Below, in pieces: positions 1 to 13,527 of a DNA stretch of 64,000 bases. This stretch comes from Antedon mediterranea (taxonomy: Eukaryota; Animalia; Echinodermata): positions 11,594,001 through 11,658,000 of the forward strand of contig NC_092672.1 in assembly GCF_964355755.1 (NCBI RefSeq). Direction: 5' to 3'. How positions within the stretch are numbered: position 1 is the stretch's first letter; every line of letters starts with the position of its first letter. The notes beneath the pieces are model-generated. The model searched no databases and was not told where the DNA came from. It saw only the letters and a program-made list of their open reading frames with translations. The translations under genes and the position numbers were made by a program.

Positions 1-405
1 AGAAGATTGCTTATATATGTTAATGGCTACAAAAACTAGAAAAAGAAGACTGAAACACTAAAAAGTGAACAATTAACCATAATACTGGAATTGCATAGTT
101 ATGTGTAAATAGTGTGCGCTATACAAAATAAAGCTAAAAAAAATACAAACTTCATAAAAATCCTTATAATTATAATACATTATTTTACAGAAAATTAAAA
201 TTAATACTGTAAAACACATTTTATATGTTCATGTTCGTAACAGTACTGTTATTTATTTTATTTTTGAAATTTACCATTTAAAAAAAAATAAAGTTTTTGC
301 TTATAAATATATACTGTTTATTTGTGTTTACAATACCTTGTTTATTTATAATACTGTTTCCTTCTCGCACCTTTGTTTTTTTAACCGTGATTGGCTCCTG
401 AGAAT

Positions 406-3400
406 TTACTGTTCGTTTGAAACACCTTCACTACTATTTTTACTGGCTCTAGACATTTTACTCTTCTTAAGATCGCCCTGTGATTTATTCTTTATTTTTG
501 ACATTTCCTTTTCTGTGTCAGATTTTTTATTTTCATACCAGTGATTTCTTCTCCTTCCATTTTCGAACCTTTCATTTTTATAATCTTTTTTAATAGATTG
601 AGCAAAATGGGTATCATGTGGTGGATATCTACCGAATTCAGTTTCATTACTATTACTGTTACCATTAACAGCCTGATCAGTATGTTGGTAAGTGGTCGAC
701 TTTTTCCATCTGAATTGTTCATGGTTTTTGTAATGTTTGTTTACAAACACCCTGTCTTTCCCTTCAACCTTAAATGGACCTTTCTTTTGGTTCCTATGTT
801 TTCCACTATTTAATAAACATTCCTTATATCTGTCAGCGGCTGACCGGTTGGTGGAACATGCCATTGGTAGTAGAGGGGCAGACTCTTTATTAAACTCATT
901 TGGAGAAAATGAACCTCTCTCTGTAGATTTATCTGATGGTGGAAATTGCACCAGTTGAGAACCTGAAGTTGGTAATAGCGAGGTTGTTGGTGTTGGTTGC
1001 AGAGGAGCTGATCCCTCTTTAAACTTATTTGGTAGTGGAAGTGAACCAGAATGTTCTGTTAAGTTACCTGATGTTGGTAACACTAATGGTGATTGAGCAA
1101 ATTGTATTGGGGATGGTTTAAAGTTGTCCACAACCTCAGACTGCAAGTCATTTCCAGTTTCAGTCCATTTAGGCAAACTTTCATCAACTGTATGTGAAAT
1201 AAAATTTATTTATTTTTTATGCTCTTGTCAGAAAATTTAGTTATGTGCTAGCTAATTCAACATCAATAGAGACATCTATGACACTGTAATAATGAGGGAA
1301 TAAATACTATATAAAACAAGGGTATGGTGACTACAAGAACACAGAACGCTCATTGAGAACTGGAAATCCATTCATGAAAAATGATCAAATACATGATGAA
1401 AGATGTACTGTATTCCAAAAAAAAGATTTAAAAAAAAGATATTGAACGGGTCATTTCGCAGTTTTAACAAATGTAATCAAGTCCATAGAAAAAAAAATAT
1501 AAGAAATAGTTTTCACTTATAAAAAGACATAATAAACGTTAAAATTCAACCAAAAACTCATTTACTTCCTATTAATTTGAATATTTTTGTGTTAAACTAC
1601 AGTTTCTTCAGGTAAATATTTTTTTTTTCGATCACATTTTTGGTCAAAGTGAATAACTATTGTGACATTAAAATTAAAAACATATTTTAAACAAGTACAC
1701 TAGTTTTATTTTATATCAAAGTATTCAGTGGATCTTCTAATAACAATTAATTATATTAAATTATTATACTTAATTTCAAAGAAAACATCAGAAAATCTCA
1801 CAAAGAATTAAACACTTACGTATGTGTATTATAATGAGGAATGCAAACTGGCATTTTATTCTAAAATATTTGCCAGTTCGTGGTTCACATGGATCTTACA
1901 TGTACACTGATTACAAAATACAGAATAAATGATAAAATAATATATATCAATAAAGATATAAAATCAAAATATTGGTTTTAATCAAAGTAATGTCTTACAT
2001 TTCCATGCTTTTTCACCAGAAAAATTGTTGTGTTGAGGGATACTTGAAGGCGTGAACTCTCCAGATACTGCTGCTTCCGAGTTCATTTGCAATTGGAACA
2101 TGGCAAAGCTCCGCATAAGATCTTTCAATTTCTCAGATGTACTCGGTTCTGTAGCATCATCAAAATCAAACCCAGAACCACCAGATGGAAGAATAGGTGG
2201 TAGACCGTTGGCAATATAGCGCCTGAAATGTCTGCCAGTGGTATTGTTTTGAGCAATCCACTCCGGAGATGGCATGCTGTCTTTTAAATTTGCAATATAC
2301 TGTAATTAAACAGAAAACAAATCTCATTGATACTCATCATTCGAACATCGCATAAACTTCTACATTAAAACAAACTAACATCATATGACAAGCAATAGTA
2401 ATGCAAAATTGAAACTTTCTTAATTTAGGAACCAGCAGTAAATACATTTCTGTTTATTTGCTTAGTTTATTTTAGAAACCTTTTGTGTTAGTCATTGGAC
2501 TGCCTCATAAACTTCTGCATTGACGAACTAAAATCATACTTTGTTGCAGTGGAAAGATGCGGTATTGCAGTAACTGCAGTAGATTAATTAAATTGAACAT
2601 GGTCCCTTAAGAAATCGTTTCTTACGTGACCTACCAATTGTTGCGTTACAACGTTGTCTTCCGATTTTACAGGAAACCGGGATTTGTTATCTTACGCTTG
2701 AATGAACGCCCTTGTGTCACGTTTCTTACGTAAGCGCAATCGTAACAAGCAACCAATAAGCGAAAAGAGTTATGACGTAATGTGTATGTCCTTATAGTGA
2801 AATAAAGCCGGACAATAACATTTGTATATGTATTTTTACTACTATAATTTTAGCCCACTTTACGATGTTATACATACTTTACAAATGCACAGTAGTTTCG
2901 ATATAATAATGTTCTAATCAGGGAGTTTACAACTCATATCAAAATATAATACTCTTATTTATGGACGTGCAATAAACAATCAGCATTTCAAAGAAATCGA
3001 CATTCTTCTGTTCTATTTGTCGGTAGAAACGTCGCGAAAATGAACATTTGCAACAAGATAAGATATAGAAAGCCCCTTTGTAAGCAATATAATATTATTA
3101 TGTAACTTTAAAAAAAAATTGTTTGCTTGATTTTGTATAATTTATATTGTTTTGTTAAATTTATTCTTATTATAGGCCTGTAAATAATGGGTATCTTACT
3201 GCGGTAGTACTATCTCATGCTCGATTAGATATGCTTATAGGCCCATAGGCCAATGACTAGCCTAGGGCCTAGATAGGTTTAATAATAATAGGAATCTCGA
3301 AATGATTTGCCTTTTTTAAATTTTGAAACTATTTAAGGCTAGGCCTAGAGGGCCAGGATAATTCATTTATATTTTGATTCATACAATAGTACAAAGGCCT

Positions 3401-6400
3401 ACTAGCATAGGCTCCTAGGCTAGTTTGATTATTTGGTCAAATCAATTCCTATTAGTACAGTATTAATTAAGTATTTTACTAATACTAGGGCCTAGCCTAT
3501 CTACTGAAAATAATATGTTGGTGTGCTGCACTGCTGCTGAGTAGCTACAGGTACAATAACAACATTCAACATTTCGCGCGAAAAATGATAAAACCCGCTC
3601 TAAAAAGAAACACCAATCAGAGATGTTGTTTCAAATACGTCATAAATCTGACCGACGTAAGAAAAAAATTTCAACTTTCGTAACAACACTAAAATCGACG
3701 TAAGCATACGACGTGTGTTTCACAGCCAAAATTTCAACTTTCGGGAGCAGCATAACTACAGATGTTTCTCTGCGGCCCGACACGATCTTGACTAAGGTCA
3801 ACGACGTCAAATTTTTCTCAACTTTCGTAAGAGACGTAAGAAGCGTATGAAACGCAAGAATCGTTGCAAAGTTTGACTTCTTACGTCGACATGAAACCAG
3901 CCTTTAGTAAAAAAAACATGGATTCCTAATAATATATCTAGAAGTTATAAACAAGTAAACCACATATTTAAAGGTTTACCTGCTTACGTCCATATTGTTT
4001 TAAACCTTGGCTATAGAAATGCTGCATTAACTTCGATGCAATTGGTCCCTTGATAGTAATATCTACCAGTTCCTGCCTAAAGTGATGAGGTTCACTACAT
4101 TCCTCATAAAGTTTTCTTAAACCATCCATATCCAAACCATTCCCCAAAAGCTTTTTGATAATAAATTTCTTTTGAATATGGGGGATTGAAGATGGCAAGT
4201 TTTCTGAAAATGAAGAAATTGTTTGAAATGAAATCATAAACACTTATATAATATATATAGTATACTGTAAATAAATTGCACTGATGAAGGGCTAGTGTTG
4301 CCCGAAAGCTCTGCTAATTTTTCTGGCTGTTTTACTTTATCGTTTTGATTTAGCTTTTCGCTTTTTTTTTGTATCTCTATTGAAATCCAGCCACTGATAG
4401 TACCCACAGCATTGTCATTTTTTCAGTAATTTGCCTTTGGATTTATATATGTAAATAAATATATACTGTATATAAAACAGAACAAAGGTTTTTACCTGCT
4501 AAATTTCTTTTTGCTTCATTGTGATACTTCCTTTCGTTATAATATTCGATCCTATAAAGAATTTTTACAAAATCAAGGTAAATACGTTTGAATGTTTTGC
4601 AGAAGCTCCCATATTATTCACACACTTTTCAAAGGGTAAGTAATGCATAACGGCAATTCACACTAAGCCCTGCCTACTTTTATACTGTGGATGCTCCAAT
4701 CTCCCAACCACAATTTTCTAGGAGCGATAAACTACAAATTTACCAACGTCTCAAAACGTCAAGACTTCTAAAACAATTTAATACCAAAATACAATTCTAA
4801 TTTGGATTAAAACGGTTTTCAAGTTTGAAACTTGTGTGCCGCCTAGTCTCTGAACAAAGCCGGACAGACAGACAGAGATTTGTTGAATAATAGTAAGATT
4901 TATAAATGTATTAACTAGTTTTTACATTAAACACAAGGAATTAATAGGATACCTTTGGTGAAATCTTTTTCTATATTAATATATCATTATTGTGAAATAA
5001 AAATGTGCCACCTAGTCTCTGAACAAAGCCGGACAGACAGACAGAGATTTGTTGAATAATGGTAAGATTTATAAATGTATTAACTAGTTTTTACATTAAA
5101 CAGAAGGAATTAATAGGATACCTATGGTGAAATCTTTTTCTATATTAATATATCATTATTGTGAAATAAAAATGTGCCACCTAGTCTCTGAACAAAGCCG
5201 GACAGACAGACAGAGATTTGTTGAATAATGGTAAGATTTATAAATGTATTAACTAGTTTTTACATTAAACACAAGGAATTAATAGGATACCTATGGTGAA
5301 ATCTTTTTCTATATTAATATATCATTATTGTGAAATAAAAATGATGCAATTTTACCAATCAGTAGTATTGTATATTGGTATGTCTTGCAGGAATGTACAC
5401 AGAGGTGTCTGGGTGAACAATTTAAACATTGCTTCAACATCTACTTCTGCATGGTGGAATTCTGTATATTATGAGTAAACAGGTGTAAATGGGTTAGCAT
5501 GAGTTATATACAGTACAACTTAAATACCGAATATAATATGAACAATAAGATTAATTGTATTGTTCTTACTTAAAGGCCAGGTGCGGGCAAAAAATTTCTA
5601 TTGATCATACATTCCAATAATTATCGATCTATAGTTTCCCCTATGTTTCATATTTTTTTGGATTTTATTTGTGTTACACGAGCTTGTTGAAAATAAGCAC
5701 TTTCTTATCAGTGGGGGGATAGTTCAAATTACACAGTAAAATCTCTATTCTTTTGTACACAAATTTTGTAAATAGAGAGGCATTTTAAAAAGCTATAAAA
5801 AATAAACGGTGTGGTAAAAAATTTTATCAGATGACTAAATATAGGTAATATAACTTGAATATTACATTTCTGATATTTTTATTCAACTTCAGATTTTTAT
5901 TTTCATGCTATAGCAAAAATTATCCACCGTATATCCACCATCTTTTTTTACCATCTAGGGAGTCACCAGACATGTTATTACATTAGGTTAACTACCTAAC
6001 TACTGAAAAAAAGTCTTCCTGGTTTTTATGGAATAATTTTGCCAAATTTTGTATTTGACCATATTAAGGGAAATTCATGTTTTTTCGTCTTGATTTCTCT
6101 TACAAATATTTGATTTATGTACAATTAACCAAATATTATATTTAAAATTCATGCCTGTACCTGAGCTTTAAAATAAAATACATGTTTTATGTCGGTCATC
6201 TTAATTTGTAATTGGAAAATAAAGATTGATTAGGAATGATTAGAAACATACACTACCTTTATCTTGTTGAGGTCCGAACCACTTCTTTTCCATATTTTCT
6301 AAACCCAAAGAACCACAGTCAACCAGAAGCGGATGTTCTGCCAGTTTATACTGAAAGTTAGAGAATTTATTTGACATTTTGTTCGAAATTTTTTTTTTTT

Positions 6401-8335
6401 CTAAATCAGTATAAATAATATAATTATTTTTTATGGCTGAAATTGCCAATTTAAAGTGCCACAGATTTAAAATGCAATTATAATTTTGTTTACAAACAAT
6501 TTCTCAAAAGTGGGCATAACAATTTCTTTTCTGTTACAGCAATACAATTTGTGGCTGTTTTAAGTTTTGTGTTATCCCGAGACCGAAACAATGCTTTTAA
6601 AATTTTAAAATCCATATTGTTTGACATTTTTAAAGCTTTTCAACACTATTAAACTTTATGTAACAAAAATATGTGATGTAATCATATATAGACAGGATAA
6701 CTTCATATCACTTCTACCATATTTGGAAACATTACGCTTTTTTTTTGTCAAACTAGTTTGATATTGTAGACAAAGCTTTAAAGGATACCACAACATGTCA
6801 CGAACATGCCACCAATTAACTACAGTAGGCCTACAGTACCTGTATATTATTTCCTACACAGTACATCTTGTAAGGTGGGGTTGGGATTTTTGTTATTTAC
6901 ATTTTATTTATGATTGCAGCTCTACGCTATGGTTTAACACTAATTACAGTATTGAGAATTCATTTTATTTTACCATTTCCATATGCGGGAATGTATCTGC
7001 AAAATGCAGATTTATTTCATTGAGACATTGAAAGGAAATTCCTGTTCGTTCCAATTGGCTGAACAGCATGAGGTAGTCAAAGCCTTCTCCACCATGACAG
7101 AGAAGGACTAAAAGAAAAATCCACAGTGAAATATTATTATTATTATTCTACAAACTTTAGCTTGTAAAAAACATGTGTTATGTGACAGTTTAAGCCTGTT
7201 TTCCAGTCAACATTGAGTTGTGGAAAGTTGTGTGTTAAGTTAACAAGGTTCAACAGGAAAACATGGTAAAAATACACTCAAACAAACAATTTAACGATTA
7301 CAATTGTTGAATTTTAAACTGAGTTCAACTTTAACAATACGATCGTTAAAACTGACCAATCATATTATTATATCTGATATTTCTGATTTTACATTATTCA
7401 ATCGACTTGTGTCTAAATTTAGCCTAATTAGGGGGTGGGATTATACTCAACCAGAGGATTATACTTGAATATACACTGTAATACATTTTGTTCTTTACCT
7501 GGGAAGACAGGAACATTTAAGTACTGTGATGCATCGGATGCCTTTCTCTTTAACCAACATAGCAGGCTGCTTATGACTTTTTTGAAATATGGTTGATTCC
7601 TTAATAGTTTTCTTGTAAACCCATGATTAAGTGCTAAAAAAATATATAGAAAAAAAGTACTTTACACCTATATATTCTTGAAGGGAAGATGGTGAAAGCT
7701 TTATGTTCAGGATTACTGTGAGGAAGAAATTGGCTCTGCTTAGGAAGAAATCTGGAAAGAAAATTCTAAAGAAAATATTTTATCTTTCCTAACCTTTGTG
7801 TATCGAGCACTCTACCAAGATACGGTAATCTGAAATTATTATTTTCTATTTCTAATTCTACTGAACTGTAATGCTTGTTCCATAATAATTATTTTAGGAC
7901 TACCAAAAAGTGTTCTCTTATACACCAAAACCATTAACTTTCCTAATTACAAACTCTGCCGGGTATAAAAGTAATGAGTGTAGGTAGGTTCAGTATAGAT
8001 TAAACTTTTTATAAAAATTTAGTCTCAATATAGAAAACCGTACCAAATTTACAGAGATACTTGGATGTGTAAATCAAACTATAAAATAAAGAATCTTCAA
8101 CTTGTTCTTTATACGGCCAACATCTGACAGCAATCTCCACTATATCATCTCTGTATGGCACCCCAGAAGATGCTTCACAATCCATAAAGCAGAACAATGG
8201 AACAGATTGATCATCAACTTCCTGTGGTACGATATCTGCTGCGGCTATGTCTTCATCTGGTCTGATGTCTTCTCTTTCATATTTTCCAGCACCATTTTGG
8301 ATTGGCTCTCCATCTGCAGAAGCTTGGGCATTCAT
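406..8335 (-). CDS. DEDDh 3'-5' exonuclease (TREX/PML-C-terminal/Plex9/Exu-like) with a helical extension and a low-complexity C-terminal tail; 9 coding exons
   Basis: Phase-consistent GT-AG exons: 8335-8044, 7633-7499, 7107-6974, 6350-6257, 5461-5356, 4551-4496, 4203-3980, 2299-1999, 1187-406. ExoI FCFMDCEASSG..DIVEIA, ExoII LLCHGGEGFDYLML, ExoIII EFHHAEVDVEAM; all DEDDh residues present. The start codon and last exon are less certain. Confidence 0.85.
2607..3905. mobile_element. Degenerate non-autonomous DNA element rich in CTTACG/CGTAAG motifs, in an exonuclease intron
   Basis: CpG-rich island with repeated TTCTTACGT motifs near both ends. The right end (GTCGACATGAAACCAGCCT-TTA) resembles a PIF-type TIR; the left TIR is not clearly matched. 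Confidence 0.35.
4273..4320 (+). ncRNA. Minimal type I hammerhead ribozyme (Penelope-like element remnant)
   Basis: AAATTGCA-CTGATGA-A-GGGC-TAGTGTT-GCCC-GAAA-GC-TC-TGCTAATTT. Core CUGAUGA (4281-4287) and GAAA (4304-4307); stem II GGGC/GCCC; palindromic AGCT stem III; NUH site CUC (cleavage after 4311); stem I AATTGCA/TGC(T)AATT. Confidence 0.8.
4836..5343. repeat. Tandem repeat, 169-bp unit x3
   Basis: GTGCC(G/A)CCTAGTCTCTGAACAAAGCCGGACAGAC starts at 4836, 5005 and 5174; copies near-identical. Confidence 0.95.
5574..6167. mobile_element. Non-autonomous TIR element with TTAA flanks (Kolobok-like)
   Basis: TTAA|AGGCCAGGTGCGGGCA ... TGCCTGTACCTGAGCT|TTAA; imperfect TIR, AG...CT termini. Confidence 0.6.
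6634..6780. mobile_element. MITE family (AGCTTTGTCTACACTATCAAAC-type TIR); relatives at ~35539-35691, 44663-44790, 44845-45037
   Basis: Recurring ends (TGTCTACACT...AAACT / AGTTTGATA.TGTAGACA.AGCT) around internal ATATCACTACCATATTTGG motifs; TWA-like flanks. Confidence 0.6.
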
Positions 8336-9231
8336 TCCTAACGTTTACTAACAAAATGAAATGATAAACTTGTATGAAACACAACTGAGTTTAAAATATG
8401 TTTTTCATTGTATCCTGTTTCTGACTACTAAGTGGATGCCCAGCATTAATGGTATTATGTCATCAATCTGAAATCAAATTAGTGATTATTATTAATTTTA
8501 AACTACATTTGAACGATTTTAAATTGCACAAGGATCTCCTTAAAAGCAATTTCTTGCGTTTGATCTTGTCTTCGAACTGATACACAACCAAGGGTTAGAC
8601 TGGCGAGAGGCTAAAGCATTTTTTTTTATAGGGGGGGGGGGGGATGGTAAAAATGTTGTTCCCCAGTGGAGTGCCTGCCAGTGGTAGAAGAAAAATTCGC
8701 CTTGTCAATTTTCATTACCCACCCGAATTCACTAGCACAGATATATAGGCCTATATATATTTTTATATTAGTAATTATATTTAAACCATCTCGTCTGTTG
8801 TTAACCTCTCGGGGTACGGGTTTGTCCAAAAAAGGTCAGAGAGCAACAACAAGGACTTGACCGTTGGACCGTCCCGAGCCGAATCCGAATCGTCCCTGCC
8901 TGGTGGTGGTGGTGTATGCCGGTGGTGGTGTATGCCGGGGCTGGCCGCTCGGCTTACTTTATTAGTCTAGAGAGAGCTCGGTTATGGCATAATTTAAATT
9001 GACCTACCCACACACGATGTCCTCTTCTAAATAATGCTTATTTTCAAATAAACTACAAGTACAAGGCACTTCACGGATCAAAACATTTCCCTACTAAAGT
9101 GTACACATATGATATGTACTTGTCACGCACGTGCAGGCATTTGTTTTGTACAGAGAACAAAAATAATATAAAAACATAAACAAGAAACTACCCCCTCTAC
9201 GCTCTACTCCAAAAAATAACGATAGAGATCC

Positions 9232-12200
9232 TGCTGCAGACTGTCCGCCATGCGGTATGTCTGCCAGGCGGTATGTCCGCCAGGGGAACATATTCTCGAC
9301 GATACCATTTTTTTTAAAGGGAAAATATCTGTACTTTGTTTCTGTAATGTCTGCAAGGCGGTATGTCTACAGGGGGAACATATTCCTGACGATACCATTT
9401 TTTTAGAGGGAAAAATTATATGTACTTTGTTTCTGTAAGTAAATTGCGTTACTAAAGCGTCACTTTTCCTAGAGTTGCGTCGACATATCCAAATGGCAGT
9501 TTGATAGACCATAATCCGAGGTGTTTTGTATATGGAATTTTTTCTGTTCGGTTTTTATATACAATATTTTTATCAGTAGAATATTCTGTGAATCTAACCT
9601 GTTTCTTGCAGGTGGTTTATCCCATCTTAGATCTCCACATGATGAATACATTAAAAAATAACATCAAAACTATAACAACCTTAAAACAAACAAATTAATG
9701 CTAGACATCACACAACGTAGGCCTAAAAAATAACTGCATTGTCCGTATTGTAGGAACGGCTGAAAACCGTCGCCGGTGGCCATCCTTTGCATATAATACT
9801 AGTACTAGTAGTATTATTAACTAGCATAGCTATATCCTGCGCAGCATTATTATACTGTTATTGTTATACTACTGTGTAGGCCTACTACATTGGCCATTAT
9901 TTACCGAATTACTGTATATCTGATTCTTCATAATTTCAAAATCATATTAATTTTTCATATCATTTTTATTGTTTCACAGTACATACAATTTTATAAAACA
10001 AATTACAAGAAAAAGCCTTGTTAAAAATGATGTGTGGAATCTAAAAAAAGGGATTTTTGGTCTGAGTTTCCAAAAGACATTAAACATTACAATGTAAAAA
10101 ATAAAAAAGACTTCCTAAACATATAAGATATAATTTATAAATTCCATAGGAGCAAACTATCATGAATATTGATAGATTGACTTATTATTTGTATTTTTTT
10201 AAAAGAAAGTAAGGTTCGGGTAATAATTTAATGTTTAACCAATGTAACCTTCATTATGATTATTGTTTTAAATACACCCTAATTTAAGTAGCATATCTTT
10301 CAAAATACTACAGAATACTGTAGCAGAAATATTACAGACAAACTGTAAATTCAAACATACTGCACCCTTCAACACAGTGCATTTAATTAAGACATTTGTA
10401 ATAGTAAAACGAAAGGCTTGTAGACGAATGGACAAATGACATCTGCATGCAAAAATAAGGTTAAGTTTAAAAATGGATAGGCCTAAATTGGGTTATGAAA
10501 ATATTCATACTTGTGTCTACTGTTTTGTTTTAATTTTAAATCAACTTTTTTCGACTAATTTTTGGTGAAAGTTAATAACTATTATGATACTTCAAAATGA
10601 CCAACTTTTTTTCGAAATATTAATTTTTTTAAATAAATTTATTTTGTTGAATTAGTCAAAGGGACAATACATCTTAACGTTGAAATAATATTGAAAAACA
10701 AACGTAATAATGGCGTTAACACAATGTAATTTCAACCTTTATTCAATGTTGAAAAAATGTTGTCATTTTAACCAAAAATGCCAAATGGATTTTAACGTTG
10801 AATTAACGTTAACATTATATTGTGTTATAAACGTAACACAATGTTCAATTCAAATCATGTTGCCATTTTAACCAAAAGCCAGCTCGATTATAACGTTAAA
10901 TTATCGTTGAAATGAGATTGATATAGAAACGTAATACTGTAATGGAGTTAAAACATGAAAACATAATTTCAACTTTTATTCAATGATAAATTAACGTTGA
11001 AAAGAGATTGCTAAAGAAACGTATACTGTAAAGGGGTTAAAACATGAAAGCATAATTTATAACTACCTCTTTCAATCTTTTTTCAACATTGAAAACATAT
11101 CCCTTTAACCAAATTCGACTGGATTTCAACGTTAAATTAAATTGATAAATAAACGTAAACGGTTGGGCGATGACATCAACGGCTTATCTGATGTTTATAT
11201 AGAACGTACCTGTTGCTATAATTTGTAATTGATTCATATAAATGTACAAAATAAAAATGTATGTAAAGATGCCCTTAAACACTCTCTGGCGGACAATTCG
11301 GTTACACAAGGTGTAGGCTTATCCCTTCACGTCCACACCATCCCACTCCCCCTCCGTTCAACACATTGACCAACTCTCTCCCCCTCCCCATCCATGCTCA
11401 AATACACGATCACACCCAGACAAATTATTAAGAACGTAGGTCCAAAAACTCACTCTGGTAGACAAACTGCATATTAGGCCTATATCTATATTAAAACAAA
11501 CTGTATTTCTCTGCTATTTTAAACGGACATTCAAAAAACGGTACGATGTATAGTCAAGACTCATAATTTATCTCAGTCTGGAAGTATCACATTTAAAAAA
11601 TTAAATGTAAATCAAATTTTTTTCGGTGATAGAATATCGTAATTCAATAAACTGTCTCTCTAATGGACAGTTTGGCTATCTTTACCGTTATAACAAATAT
11701 TGGAACGTTTTTGGGCGATGAAATCAACGGCTTATCTGATGTTTATATAGAACGTACCTGTTGCTATAATTTGTAATTGATCCATATAAATGTACTAAAT
11801 ACAAATTAATGTAAAGATGCCCTTAAACTCTCTCTGGCGGAGACTTCAGTTACACACGGTGTAGGCCTATCTCTACACACCATACCCCCTCCCACCCCCT
11901 CCGTTCAACATATCGACTAAACATGAACTAACGCCCCCTCCCCATCCAAGCTCAAATATACGATCACAACCAGACAAATTATTTGGTTAAAAAAGAACTT
12001 AGGCCCGTCCAAAAACTCTCTCTGGTGGACAAACTGCATATTAGGCCTATATCTTTAGGCCTATATTAAAACAAACTGCATTTCTCTGCTATTTTTAAAC
12101 GGACATTCAAAAACGGTACGATGTATAGTCAAGACTCATAATTTTAACCGTCTGGAAGTAGGCCTATCACATTAAAAGAAATTAAATGTATATCATATTT

Positions 12201-13365
12201 TTTTCGGTGACAGAATATTGTAATTTAATAAACTGTCTCTTTAGTGGATAGTTGGGATATCTTTTACGTTATAACAAATATTGGCACGTTTTTGGGCGAT
12301 GAAATCAACGGCTTATCTGATGTTTATGTATCATAACGTACCTGTTGCCTGTTATAATTTGTAATTGATCCATATAAATGTAAATATAAATTAATGTAAA
12401 GATGCCCTTAAAAGCTCTTTCTGGCGGACACTGTTACAGTTACACACGATGTAGGCATATCCATTGACACCATGCCCCCTCCTACCCCCTCCGTTTAACA
12501 TATTATTGACCAAACATGAACTCCCCCCCCCCCTCCCAATCCAAGTCCGTTTTCCTTTGTAAAAATAATAATAAACAATTAAACATAATGTCACATGGGC
12601 CTAAAACAACTTAAGATTAAACAATAATTATAATTATAGATAAAATTCGGAGAGCTATATAGGCTAGGGTGCAAGATAATAATAATAACAATATTTAATA
12701 ATAATAATGAATAATCATAGGCTTATAATGAGTTATATATGAGTATGAGTTTATGAATAACCCTTCATCAATGCATGTGAGAGTACTTGACAAAACTGTC
12801 GGGATATCTAAAATGTTAACTAAGCTAAAATATTCTGTATCTCCCAAAACATGCGTAAATTTCGTAGGAGCATGCAACGTATTATTGTTGTAATTCAATA
12901 GGGGGTTTACTCTGTTACGGGATACTAAAATTGTAGAACAGTGTAACTGTACCACTAACAGAGAGATTTTAAAATCTTTGGTCGTATTACTTACTCTTTC
13001 ATTATTATTACTGTATTATTATTTCTGTAGAAATAGCGCCCTCTGTTGCCAATATTTTCTAATTCGTCAATGTTTAAAAAAAACACAATAGACAATTGTA
13101 AAAGGTCATTTATTAATTAAAAAGAACAAAAAACTACACACAGTATATCAAATACCAGTATAAGTAATACCAATACGAGTAATTGACGGTCTACCACACT
13201 GTAGATACAATAATTACCCACTGTAAAATGGAATCGCCGGGCTATTGTACTAGTTACAGTAATTACCCACTGTAAAATGGAATCGTCGGGCAATTTGACA
13301 AGGTACCGGTTGGCGGACACAAACTCCCTCTAGTAGACATACCGCATGGCGGACAGTCTGCAGCA
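9232..13365. mobile_element. ~4.1-kb non-autonomous TIR element between the divergent exonuclease and FTSJ1 genes
   Basis: TGCTGCAGACTGTCCGCCATGCGGTATGTCT at 9232 is the exact reverse complement of AGACATACCGCATGGCGGACAGTCTGCAGCA ending at 13365. Internal subterminal repeats; no ORF; no clear TSD. Confidence 0.7.
11162..12545. repeat. Tandem repeat, ~550-580-bp unit, ~2.5 copies, inside the TIR element
   Basis: GGGCGATGA(C/A)ATCAACGGCTTATCTGATG recurs at ~11165, ~11712 and ~12294 with collinear downstream sequence. Confidence 0.9.
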
Positions 13366-13527
13366 ACATGCAATTGAAAATAACTGTACACACAAAACAC
13401 ACGTGTCTGCTCTTCTTGCTCTCGGTGGTCGTATCGGATTCCTAACCTACACTTCTGCCCTCTTGTCTTTTCTAGGGTTCTAGGGCTAGCCTAGCTATAA
13501 GCTGAGATAAAAACAGAACAAAGAAAA

